Of a DNA stretch of 64,000 bases, positions 9,003-18,280 are shown one piece after another; position 1 is the first letter of the stretch, and the number at the start of each line of letters is the position of its first letter. The translations under genes and the position numbers were made by a program. The notes beneath the pieces are model-generated. The model searched no databases and was not told the origin of the DNA. It worked only from the letters and a program-made list of their open reading frames with translations. The stretch is from a bacterium (GTDB lineage: Bacteria > Electryoneota > Electryoneia > Electryoneales > Electryoneaceae). The stretch lies in the NCBI GenBank assembly GCA_963669175.1, contig OY769902.1, forward strand, positions 4,512,001 through 4,576,000, in the 5' to 3' direction.

Positions 9003-11114
9003 TCAGCTCTGCAAACGGAAATCAATACTGCATTTTAACAGATAAATGTTTTCACCGTCGAAAGCATAGTCGATATCAAGCGGGGTTTGTAGCAAGTCAT
9101 ACAATTTACATATAATGCTTTTAAGCTGAAAAATCAGTTTTCCTGTAGGCTTTGTGATACTGCTTCCTTTAGATTGTTCCCAAACCTTTGTATAATCAAG
9201 GTTATTATCCAGGATTTTTTTCATGATATGGTAATAAGGTCTAATTGTATCCGATTCATCAAGTAAAGCGTCAATAGATCGTTGCTCTATTTTTCCTGTT
9301 GACAGATTGAGATAGCGGAAATTGTCCCAGATAGATTCTTCAGCACTCCAGTTCATTTCGCTACCCCCCCCTGCCATCTGATCTGTGTCAAGAGATAGTT
9401 CGATGCCACGGTTGTTGGTGTTTAGTTTTTCAGGACGCAAACCCGGGAATATTGAAATTGTGACCCTCTCAGAATTTCTGTCCGTACTCCTTCGTCTTTT
9501 ACCTTGTATCGAGATCCTTCCAGAAAAAAATGGAAAATAGAATTTTTCAGCGCGAACTCCCACAACCTTCTGAATAATTATCCCCATCTCTTCACTGAAA
9601 TCCGTCAGTCCATGTTCAGCACGATATTGGAGCGGCGCTGGTCCAAACGTGGATATATATACTTCGATCACAGCTCTAAGCAGATTCTTCAACTGCTCTG
9701 TTTTTGTACCACTATTGGGAAGCAGGCAGTAATCATATAACCCTGAGAATTTCAATCCGATTCTGTCTTCCAGCAGGCTGGAACTTCGCACAATCAAGGG
9801 TGAATCATTCATGTTTTCAAGTGTGTATGAAAGTGCTGATACCAGCCATTGAGGAGGGTGTGCTTTGAACACTAAATCGCGAACATAAGGGTATTCGATT
9901 TGTATCCGATTAATATCCTTATATTTATGCTCTGACAATTCTTCAAGAAGATCGTTGAATTGAAGAAAATGGTATAATCCGTCTGAGGTAATGTACCACG
10001 TGGTTGGAACCTTTACAGGCACCTTGCATACTTGCTTGTTCTGCGACTTCTGCAGCATGCAAGAAGCCAGTAATGTTTTAGCAGCTTTGTTACCTATTTT
10101 GCCATGGCTACCTGGAGGAGAGATCATATGGTCAACGAGGCTGTTAAAATGCTCGAAACGAATGTACGGTTTTGAAGCCTTGATGAACTCAAGTTGGTCA
10201 GACAAGAGCAAACGAGTAACTTGCACCAGAATACCTTCAACCAGCAAATCTGGCAGGTCGTTATTATTATCTTTATGATCATGGAAATACTTAATAACAT
10301 CAATAATATCACGTACGGAACACTCTGGAAGAATTACTTTCCGGATATAAGTGCCATATTTTTCCTGCCTCATGCATTGCTGAAATCGTACAAGAATATC
10401 ATCTCTGGACAAATGACTTGAAATAAGATCAAATGCTTCATGAAGCACAATATCGTGTCGTTTTATATGGTCTGCATTATAATGATCAGTTCTTTTTGTC
10501 GATTTGGTATCATCTAAGCGACCAATCAAGTTCGCCAGTTGCTTTTCAGAAATCAGGTTCTTCTCGCAAAGGTCAACTAATGTTTTCCGAATAAACCGCT
10601 GATGCAAATCTTGATCAAAGTCCTGCAGACTGCGAACGGTAACCTTCCAATAATCATTGCTGTGATAGGATATGGTATGCTTCAGCAGGATATCTTCAAC
10701 TAAATCGTTCTTAATCAGGAAGTCCCTGATAAGATGTGTAACAGACTGAAGAAGTGTTATCTCCTCAGAAATGAAAGGGTCGGGGTGTAACTTACCTACT
10801 TCAGGCATATAAGCTACACGAACAATCCCGACCCTTTCATTTAATACTATAATCGGCTCGGACAGAATTTCAGTGGACCCGGCGTAACCATCTGAATGGT
10901 AAATAAATGCTCCCAGCTCGATCTTCACTTTACATACTTCTGGATACATCCATCCTTTTGGAACAGTTTTTATCACATGTTCCAAAAATTTTTCCAAATT
11001 GGAGTTTTCTCGCTGCAACCATGAACTGATTGCATAATAACACTCGAGCTCTCGGGATCGCTTATTTAATTGCTCGAATAGCTCCGTGTCTGTATGAGAT
11101 CTTGCAGTAGCCAA
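9003..11114 (-). CDS. GAF-like plus PEP/pyruvate-binding (PPDK_N ATP-grasp-like) domain protein
   Basis: GKIGNKAA, PLIVRSSSLLEDR.G..FSGLY, EEMGIIIQKVVG, PLDIDYA; no phospho-His swivel domain visible. Confidence 0.7.
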   Translation of the reverse strand: MATARSHTDTELFEQLNKRSRELECYYAISSWLQRENSNLEKFLEHVIKTVPKGWMYPEVCKVKIELGAFIYHSDGYAGSTEILSEPIIVLNERVGIVRVAYMPEVGKLHPDPFISEEITLLQSVTHLIRDFLIKNDLVEDILLKHTISYHSNDYWKVTVRSLQDFDQDLHQRFIRKTLVDLCEKNLISEKQLANLIGRLDDTKSTKRTDHYNADHIKRHDIVLHEAFDLISSHLSRDDILVRFQQCMRQEKYGTYIRKVILPECSVRDIIDVIKYFHDHKDNNNDLPDLLVEGILVQVTRLLLSDQLEFIKASKPYIRFEHFNSLVDHMISPPGSHGKIGNKAAKTLLASCMLQKSQNKQVCKVPVKVPTTWYITSDGLYHFLQFNDLLEELSEHKYKDINRIQIEYPYVRDLVFKAHPPQWLVSALSYTLENMNDSPLIVRSSSLLEDRIGLKFSGLYDYCLLPNSGTKTEQLKNLLRAVIEVYISTFGPAPLQYRAEHGLTDFSEEMGIIIQKVVGVRAEKFYFPFFSGRISIQGKRRRSTDRNSERVTISIFPGLRPEKLNTNNRGIELSLDTDQMAGGGSEMNWSAEESIWDNFRYLNLSTGKIEQRSIDALLDESDTIRPYYHIMKKILDNNLDYTKVWEQSKGSSITKPTGKLIFQLKSIICKLYDLLQTPLDIDYAFDGENIYLLKCSIDFRLQS

Positions 11115-11139
11115 TAGTGTATATCCAGTGTAAGAATCT

Positions 11140-12729
11140 TTAACTATTCAAGATCTCTTCTACTTCTTTCTGGTCCGCATCCATAACATATTGAATCCCA
11201 CTGATATCACTTGCTATCTTGGTAAGCGAAGCGATATCATTTCTTTCAATATGTTCCAGAGCAAACTTTCGACTTCCGCACATAAGCTGCCTCAATCCCT
11301 GTGCAAGCCGCTCGTAATAGGTATACAATCCAATGGCGCCTGTGGGTAGCTTTTTAAACTCTTCATCACCAAGTTCGTTACGAAGGTCTGAGGCCGTGAC
11401 GAAAATTTCATCGATGGAATGACCAAACCGCTCAATATATACTGGAATATCGTTGTCGCGAATGGCCTTGCCGATTGTTTTTCCAACCATGGTAGCTGCA
11501 ATAGCGCTTCTTGCCATTCCGATCAGTTTCACATAAGGCGCCCCCAACGCAAGTCCTTTGAAAATCTGATCTTCAAAGGTGAAACCGCCAGCAAGCGCTA
11601 ATGCTGGAATCTTCTTTCCCTTTGCTTCAAGTTGGGATGCATATTTATGCAGGAGTGAATGAAGCTCAACAACAGGCACGCCCCATTCATTCATCATTCT
11701 CCAGGGACTCATGCCGGTTCCACCGCCAGCGCCATCCACGGTGAGCAGGTCGATGTTGTATTTACTTGCATAACTGATCGCGCGTGCCAAGTCAGCAGGA
11801 CGATAGGCGCCGGTTTTCAGGAACACGTATTTGGCTCCAGCTTTGCGAAGCTCTTCGACACGCTTTGCGAAATCTTCCTCGTTGACCATGCCGATACGTG
11901 AGTGGCGTTCAAATTCCTTGAAGGCGCCTTTCTTGAAAGCTTCGATAACCTTGGGATCTGTGGGGTTCGGCAAGACAACGTAACCGCGTTCATATAGCAG
12001 TTGTGCTTTTTTTAGATCCTTGATCTTTACTTCACCGCCAATGTCTTTTGCCCCCTGCCCCCATTTTAACTCGACAATCTCAACCCCTAACTCCTGGATG
12101 GCATATTCTTGAACCCCCAGACGAGTGTCCTCAACATTCGCTTGTACAATTGTCGCACCATAGCCATCAATTTGATGATCCTGGAAAAGTTTAACGCGAC
12201 GTTTCAAGTCGACAGTATCCACAACTTTGCCATTCTTGATTACAGTTTGCGGATCCATTCCAGCAACGTTCTCACCAATCGTCAGTCCAGTACCGGCTAA
12301 CGCTGTTCCAATAGCAAGTCCTTCCCAATTATTCTTCGCAACATCTGTCGAACCAATACCAGGGATGATCCAGGGATAGCGGAATTTGATTCCATTATCC
12401 CCGCCAAAGTGGACTTCAAGGTTTACATTTGGGAAAATGGCCTTATCGCTATCAGCTTCAATTCCCACTGCCCCAACAGCTGTCCCCATGATATTGAAAT
12501 GTGAATAGTCAACGGGGTAATCCTTTTCGCTCGCAGTCGTAATCACTCCAAAAGGTTGCGGATAGATCACTTCGTGTCCACGATACGCTGACTTTCCAAT
12601 TTCGCACATGCCTATGCAACCATCGACGCAAGTAACGCACATTCCTGAAATGGGCGTGATAGAACCTTCAGTCCTGTTTTTCGTCAGGGTTGCAGCGGAC
12701 CTGTTTACTTTGGTTAAGCTTTCGGACAT
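11140..12729 (-). CDS. FMN-binding glutamate synthase family protein
   Basis: ELKWGQGAKDIGGE, TVDGAGGGTGMSP, LAGG, ALGA; N-terminal CVTCVDGCIGMC cluster motif. Confidence 0.85.
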   Translation of the reverse strand: MSESLTKVNRSAATLTKNRTEGSITPISGMCVTCVDGCIGMCEIGKSAYRGHEVIYPQPFGVITTASEKDYPVDYSHFNIMGTAVGAVGIEADSDKAIFPNVNLEVHFGGDNGIKFRYPWIIPGIGSTDVAKNNWEGLAIGTALAGTGLTIGENVAGMDPQTVIKNGKVVDTVDLKRRVKLFQDHQIDGYGATIVQANVEDTRLGVQEYAIQELGVEIVELKWGQGAKDIGGEVKIKDLKKAQLLYERGYVVLPNPTDPKVIEAFKKGAFKEFERHSRIGMVNEEDFAKRVEELRKAGAKYVFLKTGAYRPADLARAISYASKYNIDLLTVDGAGGGTGMSPWRMMNEWGVPVVELHSLLHKYASQLEAKGKKIPALALAGGFTFEDQIFKGLALGAPYVKLIGMARSAIAATMVGKTIGKAIRDNDIPVYIERFGHSIDEIFVTASDLRNELGDEEFKKLPTGAIGLYTYYERLAQGLRQLMCGSRKFALEHIERNDIASLTKIASDISGIQYVMDADQKEVEEILNS

Positions 12730-12742
12730 CGTGCACCTCTCC

Positions 12743-13447
12743 TTATCTCTGGGTAGTATTCTTTTCTTTCTCTAACTCGGCGATTTCGCAGGCTACACAA
12801 GGACTCATGTAGCACATCATATCGTGGAAACGCTCTTCTTCGATGCATGGGACCTGGATGTTGGCACAACCGCCGCAAATCGCCTTATCCGGTTCATTGT
12901 AAGTGCAACGGAGTTGACATGCGGGACAGACATAGATACAGCCGCCGCATAATCGGCACTTCTCCGATTTCATGTCGAAAGGCGTATTGATTCTGCGATT
13001 CTGTCCACGTCCCTGAAAGCCGATAGCTCCAGCTACCATCTGTTCTTTACACATCCGAACACACAAACCGCACAGAATGCAATCCTCATGTTCCTGGCGA
13101 AAACGCTGCTGCATTACATGGTGTTCTGCGGCAAGATCCTGGATAACTTTTGACTGAGGACAGGAAGCAAGCAGAAGCTCGATGATCATTCTCCTTGCTT
13201 TGACAACACGTTCTGAAGCAGTATGAACAATCAGTCCCTCTTCAGCGCGGTAAGTGCAAGAGGTAACCAGACGTGATTTGGGTGGTTTCCCGATTTCTAC
13301 AACACACAATCTACAGGCGCCATAAGGTTCCAACCCATCCATGTGACACAGGGTTGGAATGGGAAACCCCAGGAATCTAGCGGCTTCAAGCAGTGTTGCG
13401 CCTTCTTCCACTTGTACTGGAAGACCGTTGATCTTCAAGTTGATCAT
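12743..13447 (-). CDS. NuoG/HydA N-terminal-like Fe-S subunit
   Basis: IPTLCH...GACRLCVVE...LVTSC [2Fe-2S]; CILCGLCVRMC and CRLCGGCIYVCP [4Fe-4S]; extra C-terminal cysteines. Confidence 0.88.
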   Translation of the reverse strand: MINLKINGLPVQVEEGATLLEAARFLGFPIPTLCHMDGLEPYGACRLCVVEIGKPPKSRLVTSCTYRAEEGLIVHTASERVVKARRMIIELLLASCPQSKVIQDLAAEHHVMQQRFRQEHEDCILCGLCVRMCKEQMVAGAIGFQGRGQNRRINTPFDMKSEKCRLCGGCIYVCPACQLRCTYNEPDKAICGGCANIQVPCIEEERFHDMMCYMSPCVACEIAELEKEKNTTQR

Positions 13448-16400
13448 ACTACTGACTCCACTGTAATTTCGGTTTCAGGAGCTGTTTCGCTATCTGCCGT
13501 ATGAGAAGTTTGAGTGAACTCCAGGTCACAACGGAGACACCGTAACGCTTCGCAACGAGCTGCGTCAGGCGTGAGAGTCTTCTCTACCTCTTCAAAACTG
13601 GTCCTGCGTTTTTCTGCTTCCGTTCTCTCAGGTTCGGAACGTTCAGCGAGGCGCTCGTCAATCTCCTCTTGCGGCAAGGGTTCCACATAAATTCCAGGTA
13701 TCTTTCGAATCCCCTGCTGCCAGAGTTCTTCCTGATTCAGGTAACGTTCAATCATCAATGCCGCTTTTTTTCCGGCGGCAATGGCATCGACCACCGTGTT
13801 TGGTCCAGTGACTACATCTCCACCGGCGAAAACCCCTGGTCTGCTGCATGCCAGTGTGTTCTGATCCACATCCAGAGTGCCCCATTCGGTCAGCCGTAAT
13901 TCCGGTTCACCTGAAGGTGATATCGAGTCTGTGTCAGGTTGTTCACTTATTGCGACGATAAGTGTATCCACCGGAAGAATAAACTCGCTGTGGGGAATAG
14001 GTACCGGACTGCGACGACCACTCTGGTCGATTTCACCCAACTTGTTTCGAATGCACTCAAGACCAACTACACCGCTACCGTCAGTTATAATCCGCGATGG
14101 TGTGACAAGTGTTTCTATTGCGATTTTTTCTTCGAAGGCAGCTTTGATCTCTTCATCGAAGGCAGGCATTTCTTCACGTGTCCGGCGATATAGAAGTGTC
14201 ACTGAATCGACATCTTTCTGCCGCAGAGCGGTTCGGGCAGCGTCAAAAGCCGAGTTCCCGCCACCAATTACTGCCACTTTACCTCGAGCCAGATTTTCAC
14301 CCTTTACATTGAATGTCTTCAGGAATTCAATTGAAGGGTAAACACCTTCGCTGTCTTCGCCTTCTAATCGAAGTCTGCGGTCTTTCTGCGCACCGAGAGC
14401 GACAAAAATAGCTTTGTAATCATCGTCGAACAGCTTGTTGATTGTGATATCCTTGCCGAGTGTAGTATTGCAATTGATTGTAAGATTGGGATTCATTAAA
14501 CTTGTGATTTCTTTTTCCAGAGTTTCCCGGGGAAGTCTGTAGGATGGAATACAACTGAACATCATACCGCCAGGTTTCTCATCCGATTCGAATACTGTTA
14601 CGGGATAGCCCTTCAATGACAGTAAATGGGCAGCGGTTAACCCAGCTGGTCCAGCCCCGATCACGGCCACTTTTTCCTCTTTTTTCTCAGGCGAGATCTC
14701 AGGTTTGTAAAGGGATGGATCCGTATTGTCTGTTATGAAACGTTTCAAAGCGCGAATGGCCACAGGAGATGTTCCGGTTTTCCCAAGTTTGCAGGAATCT
14801 TCGCATTTATGATCGCAGACTCTTGCACAAACCGACGGGAAAGGATTTGTCTCACGTATGGTTAGATACGCTTCATCATATTCGCCCCGCGCAATGTGTG
14901 CAATGTAGCGCCAGGCTTCTGTATTGATCGGGCATGCCGCCTCGCAAGGCGCACCGACCAGCTCTGCGCATACACCCGCCCTGCAACGCTTATCAACAAT
15001 ATGTTCGATATATTCATTCCGGAAATACTTGAGTGTGGATAGCACTGGATTGGATGCTGTTTGTCCCAGACCGCACATTGTCGTATCTGCGACAACATGG
15101 GCAAGCTCCTCCAGCAAATCCAGCATGTCAAGTGTGCCTCTGCCTTCAGTGATATCTTCCAGGATTTCATACATTCTTTGTGTGCCCTTGCGGCAGGTAT
15201 AACATTTACCGCACGATTCTTCTTTAAGAAAACCCATATAGTACTTGGCGATGTCAACCATACACGATTTGTCGTCCATAACAATCATGCCGCCTGATCC
15301 CATGATCGATCCGACTTTTGCAAGCGAATCATAATCAATAGGAAGGTCGAACATGCTTGCGGGTATGCACCCTCCAGACGGACCACCCGTCTGAACAGCT
15401 TTGATTTGTGATTTTCCTACCGGACCACCACCAATATCATAGACTATTTCTTTGATTGTAGTTCCCATAGGTACTTCAACAAGACCGGTATTCTTTATTT
15501 TTCCGACAAGGCTGAATATCTTAGTGCCGGAATTACCCGGCACACCGACTTTTGCAAACTCATCGGCTCCTTTACTAATTATAACGGGTATGTTGGAAAG
15601 TGTTTCGACATTGTTAATGCACGTCGGTTTTCCCCATAACCCCTTTTGTACTGGATAAGGAGGCCGTTGTTTCGGTTCACCAATTCTACCTTCAATTGAT
15701 GCAATCAAAGCGGTCTCTTCACCACAGACAAAAGCGCCAGCGCCTTTGATAATCTCAATATTGAAATCGACATTCTTATTCAGAATGTTTTTTCCAAGAA
15801 GCCCCCGATCTGTCGCCTGTCGTATTGCAATCATCGCATGTTTGACTGCAAGTGGGTATTCGCTTCTTACGTAAATGATACCTTTGGTAGCCCCTATTGC
15901 TATGCCACCAATTATCATTCCCTCAAGTACTGCATGGGGATTTCCTTCCAGAAGACTACGATCCATGTAAGCACCTGGATCGCCTTCATCAGCATTGCAA
16001 ATCAGGTATTTTTGACAACCTGTTTTCCCTGATTTTGACGCGAGTTCCCATTTCTTTCCGGTTGGGAATCCTCCCCCCCCACGTCCTCGCAGTCCTGAAC
16101 TCAACACTTCTTCAATAATCCATTGTGGATTATCCTTCATTAAAACTTTCGCAAGCGCCTGGTACCCTCCCAGCTTGATATAATCATATATCCTGATAGG
16201 ATCTATCTTCTCATTTTTTCCGAGTATTGTGCGTTTCTGCTTCTTGAAGAATGGTATATCTGCCTGATTCTTATGAAAATCATGGTATTCTGATTCTCGA
16301 TAGAGAAGTTCTTCAATCACTCTCCCATCAAGAGCCGCCTCAATAACGCGGGATATATCTTTGTTTTTCAGCCTGGGATACAGGTTTCTACCAGGTTCTA

Positions 16401-16653
16401 CAAGAATGAAAGGATCCATTTCACAGAATCCCTGGCAGCCTGTAATCCGAAGTGATATTTTCTCTTGAATGTTGTGTTCAAGGATGTACTTCTTGATTAT
16501 CCTGATCGTATCCCCTGCTCCACTTGCTTTCCCCCCGGTGCCAGCACATACAACCAGAACAGGTTTTGTACCATTGAGGTTGTTTGAAAATTGTTTAGCA
16601 AAGCTCAGGAATTCTTCTACTGATGACAGCTTAGGCATTTCGCTACTCCGCAC
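13444..16653 (-). CDS. NuoF/HydB-like NADH-binding flavoprotein fused to a GltD-like FAD/NAD(P) oxidoreductase
   Basis: GLRGRGGGGFP, CNADEGDPGA, GAFVCGEET, ESCGKCYTCRKG, then PCEAACP, VCARVC, GAGPAG, GGGNSA, FAGGD, EALRCLRC; start may be the Met of MPKLSS. Confidence 0.9.
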   Translation of the reverse strand: MRSSEMPKLSSVEEFLSFAKQFSNNLNGTKPVLVVCAGTGGKASGAGDTIRIIKKYILEHNIQEKISLRITGCQGFCEMDPFILVEPGRNLYPRLKNKDISRVIEAALDGRVIEELLYRESEYHDFHKNQADIPFFKKQKRTILGKNEKIDPIRIYDYIKLGGYQALAKVLMKDNPQWIIEEVLSSGLRGRGGGGFPTGKKWELASKSGKTGCQKYLICNADEGDPGAYMDRSLLEGNPHAVLEGMIIGGIAIGATKGIIYVRSEYPLAVKHAMIAIRQATDRGLLGKNILNKNVDFNIEIIKGAGAFVCGEETALIASIEGRIGEPKQRPPYPVQKGLWGKPTCINNVETLSNIPVIISKGADEFAKVGVPGNSGTKIFSLVGKIKNTGLVEVPMGTTIKEIVYDIGGGPVGKSQIKAVQTGGPSGGCIPASMFDLPIDYDSLAKVGSIMGSGGMIVMDDKSCMVDIAKYYMGFLKEESCGKCYTCRKGTQRMYEILEDITEGRGTLDMLDLLEELAHVVADTTMCGLGQTASNPVLSTLKYFRNEYIEHIVDKRCRAGVCAELVGAPCEAACPINTEAWRYIAHIARGEYDEAYLTIRETNPFPSVCARVCDHKCEDSCKLGKTGTSPVAIRALKRFITDNTDPSLYKPEISPEKKEEKVAVIGAGPAGLTAAHLLSLKGYPVTVFESDEKPGGMMFSCIPSYRLPRETLEKEITSLMNPNLTINCNTTLGKDITINKLFDDDYKAIFVALGAQKDRRLRLEGEDSEGVYPSIEFLKTFNVKGENLARGKVAVIGGGNSAFDAARTALRQKDVDSVTLLYRRTREEMPAFDEEIKAAFEEKIAIETLVTPSRIITDGSGVVGLECIRNKLGEIDQSGRRSPVPIPHSEFILPVDTLIVAISEQPDTDSISPSGEPELRLTEWGTLDVDQNTLACSRPGVFAGGDVVTGPNTVVDAIAAGKKAALMIERYLNQEELWQQGIRKIPGIYVEPLPQEEIDERLAERSEPERTEAEKRRTSFEEVEKTLTPDAARCEALRCLRCDLEFTQTSHTADSETAPETEITVESVV

Positions 16654-16679
16654 AGGTTGGTGTAAAAAAAATGAATGAT

Positions 16680-17528
16680 CTATAGATCAAGTACATGTCC
16701 CTTGCAGCCTTTCCTGGGGCAAATTTGAACAATGCCACCGCTGGAAACACTCATAAGAACCATGGGAACACCGCACTCCGGGCAGTTGACAGATCCTAAT
16801 AATTCAGAATGACAATGTGGGCAAAAGAAATTGACGACCTTATCATCGGGAATTTCATACTCTGCTTCAGTTTTGTAGCTGCCATATAGACTCGATAATC
16901 GAAGCCATCCATGTTTATTTGCAAACGACACACTTACCCAAATCGCGGGATAACCATCCATGAAATGTTCAGGTGTCATTAAACTGTGGTTGCAGCGAGA
17001 GCAATTGACATTAATCGGAAATATCTTTTCGTCTGTTCCGGTATCCATTGCATCATACCCATTTTTTGTCACATCAATAATTTCTTTAACCTTTTTGACA
17101 TTTACCTGTGAAAAATAATGACCATCCACCACGACTACCGGGCCAAGGGCGCATGCACCAAGACAGTTTACTGTTTCCAGTGAAAATTCATTGTCTGCAG
17201 TTGTTTCGCCAGCTTTAATTCCCAGCTTCTTGGAAAACTCTTCAGCGATTGCGGAACCACCGCGTACATGACAAGCCGTTCCAAGACAAACTGAGCACTG
17301 ATGTCTTCCACGCGGAGTCAGGCTGAAAGATTTGTAGAATGTGGCAACTCCGAAAATATCTACCAGTGAGTGCCCAGTCTCTTCTGAGACACTCTCCAGT
17401 ACTTCGCGTGGCAAATACCCATACCTCGCTTGAACTTCCTCGAGAATCCCTATCAGCCCGCCTTGATCGCTTCTATACTTATCTGTCAGCTCCTTCACAT
17501 AGTCCAACGAAATGGTAGTTTTATCCAT
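16680..17528 (-). CDS. NuoE/HydC-like [2Fe-2S] subunit with Cys-rich C-terminal extension
   Basis: VATFY, CLGTACHVRG, CLGACALGP; extension with CSRC, CPHC, CPEC, CPRKGC. Confidence 0.88.
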   Translation of the reverse strand: MDKTTISLDYVKELTDKYRSDQGGLIGILEEVQARYGYLPREVLESVSEETGHSLVDIFGVATFYKSFSLTPRGRHQCSVCLGTACHVRGGSAIAEEFSKKLGIKAGETTADNEFSLETVNCLGACALGPVVVVDGHYFSQVNVKKVKEIIDVTKNGYDAMDTGTDEKIFPINVNCSRCNHSLMTPEHFMDGYPAIWVSVSFANKHGWLRLSSLYGSYKTEAEYEIPDDKVVNFFCPHCHSELLGSVNCPECGVPMVLMSVSSGGIVQICPRKGCKGHVLDL

Positions 17529-17580
17529 CTGCGTCCCCTAGTTGTAAGGATTCCGGGTTTCAGCTCATCCGACTTTGTAG

Positions 17581-17874
17581 TTACTCGTACAGTTCACAGT
17601 ACCAGACTCCTCCGGTCTTTTGCGCGTGTACACAAGTCGCAGCATGCAAACAGTTAATGCATAGTCCCATGAGATGATCATGGTATTCGACTTTGGGACG
17701 TTTTTCGGGGGGGCGTGGGAAAGGTTTGGAAGGTGGATTTTGGTAATCATCAAATTCTTCGCAGAACCAAATCGCTGTTCCGCTCATGATCCTGAAGGCA
17801 CAGCCCTCGAAATGAATGCATGTTGCGCAGATACCATAGCTTCTCTCGGTTTCTACTTGCTCGATTGCTTCCAT
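17581..17874 (-). CDS. Small Cys/His-rich protein with an internally duplicated motif
   Basis: CATCIHFEGC...WFCEEF and CINCLHAATC...WYCELY; GGAGG RBS before ATG at 17874. Confidence 0.75.
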   Translation of the reverse strand: MEAIEQVETERSYGICATCIHFEGCAFRIMSGTAIWFCEEFDDYQNPPSKPFPRPPEKRPKVEYHDHLMGLCINCLHAATCVHAQKTGGVWYCELYE

Positions 17875-18039
17875 GATGCCCTCCAATGTCACTTATAGAA
17901 CTGTAGAACGTTTCTACAGTCCCTGTACCATCTCAGCACCCTCGAACAAGAAGACATTTGAAGAGTGATCCATGGGCAAAGATCTTTCAAATCTCAAGTC
18001 CTGCTCGGGGTGCTTGAGCGGTACCTAAGTGCTAATTGG

Positions 18040-18054
18040 GCAAAGGATGTGCCA
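18040..18054 (-). promoter_or_regulatory. Sigma54 -24/-12 promoter for the oxidoreductase operon
   Basis: Minus strand TGGCACATCCTTTGC, near-consensus TGGCAC-N5-TTGC. Confidence 0.85.
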
Positions 18055-18180
18055 TTTAAAGGCGAATAGTTGTCATTCGTATTTCAAGACTGCCATAAGC
18101 TTTACGTGCAGTAACTCAGGAAGATACGAGTCCTTCTTCTGCACAGTATTGCAGGATAAAAGAAATCTGACCTGAAAAAT

Positions 18181-18213
18181 GGGGCGTTTTACCCCGCCGG
18201 GGAATATCACCCC
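18181..18213. promoter_or_regulatory. Tandem candidate enhancer sites for the NtrC-type regulator
   Basis: GGGGCGTTTTACCCC and GGGGAATATCACCCC (GGGG-N7-CCCC twice) 130-160 bp upstream of the sigma54 promoter. Confidence 0.55.
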
Positions 18214-18280
18214 GTCATTCGAAATGAAATCTGGTACATCTGAGGTCAGAGAAAAGAAGGTTAACTGGCTGGAATCGAAA

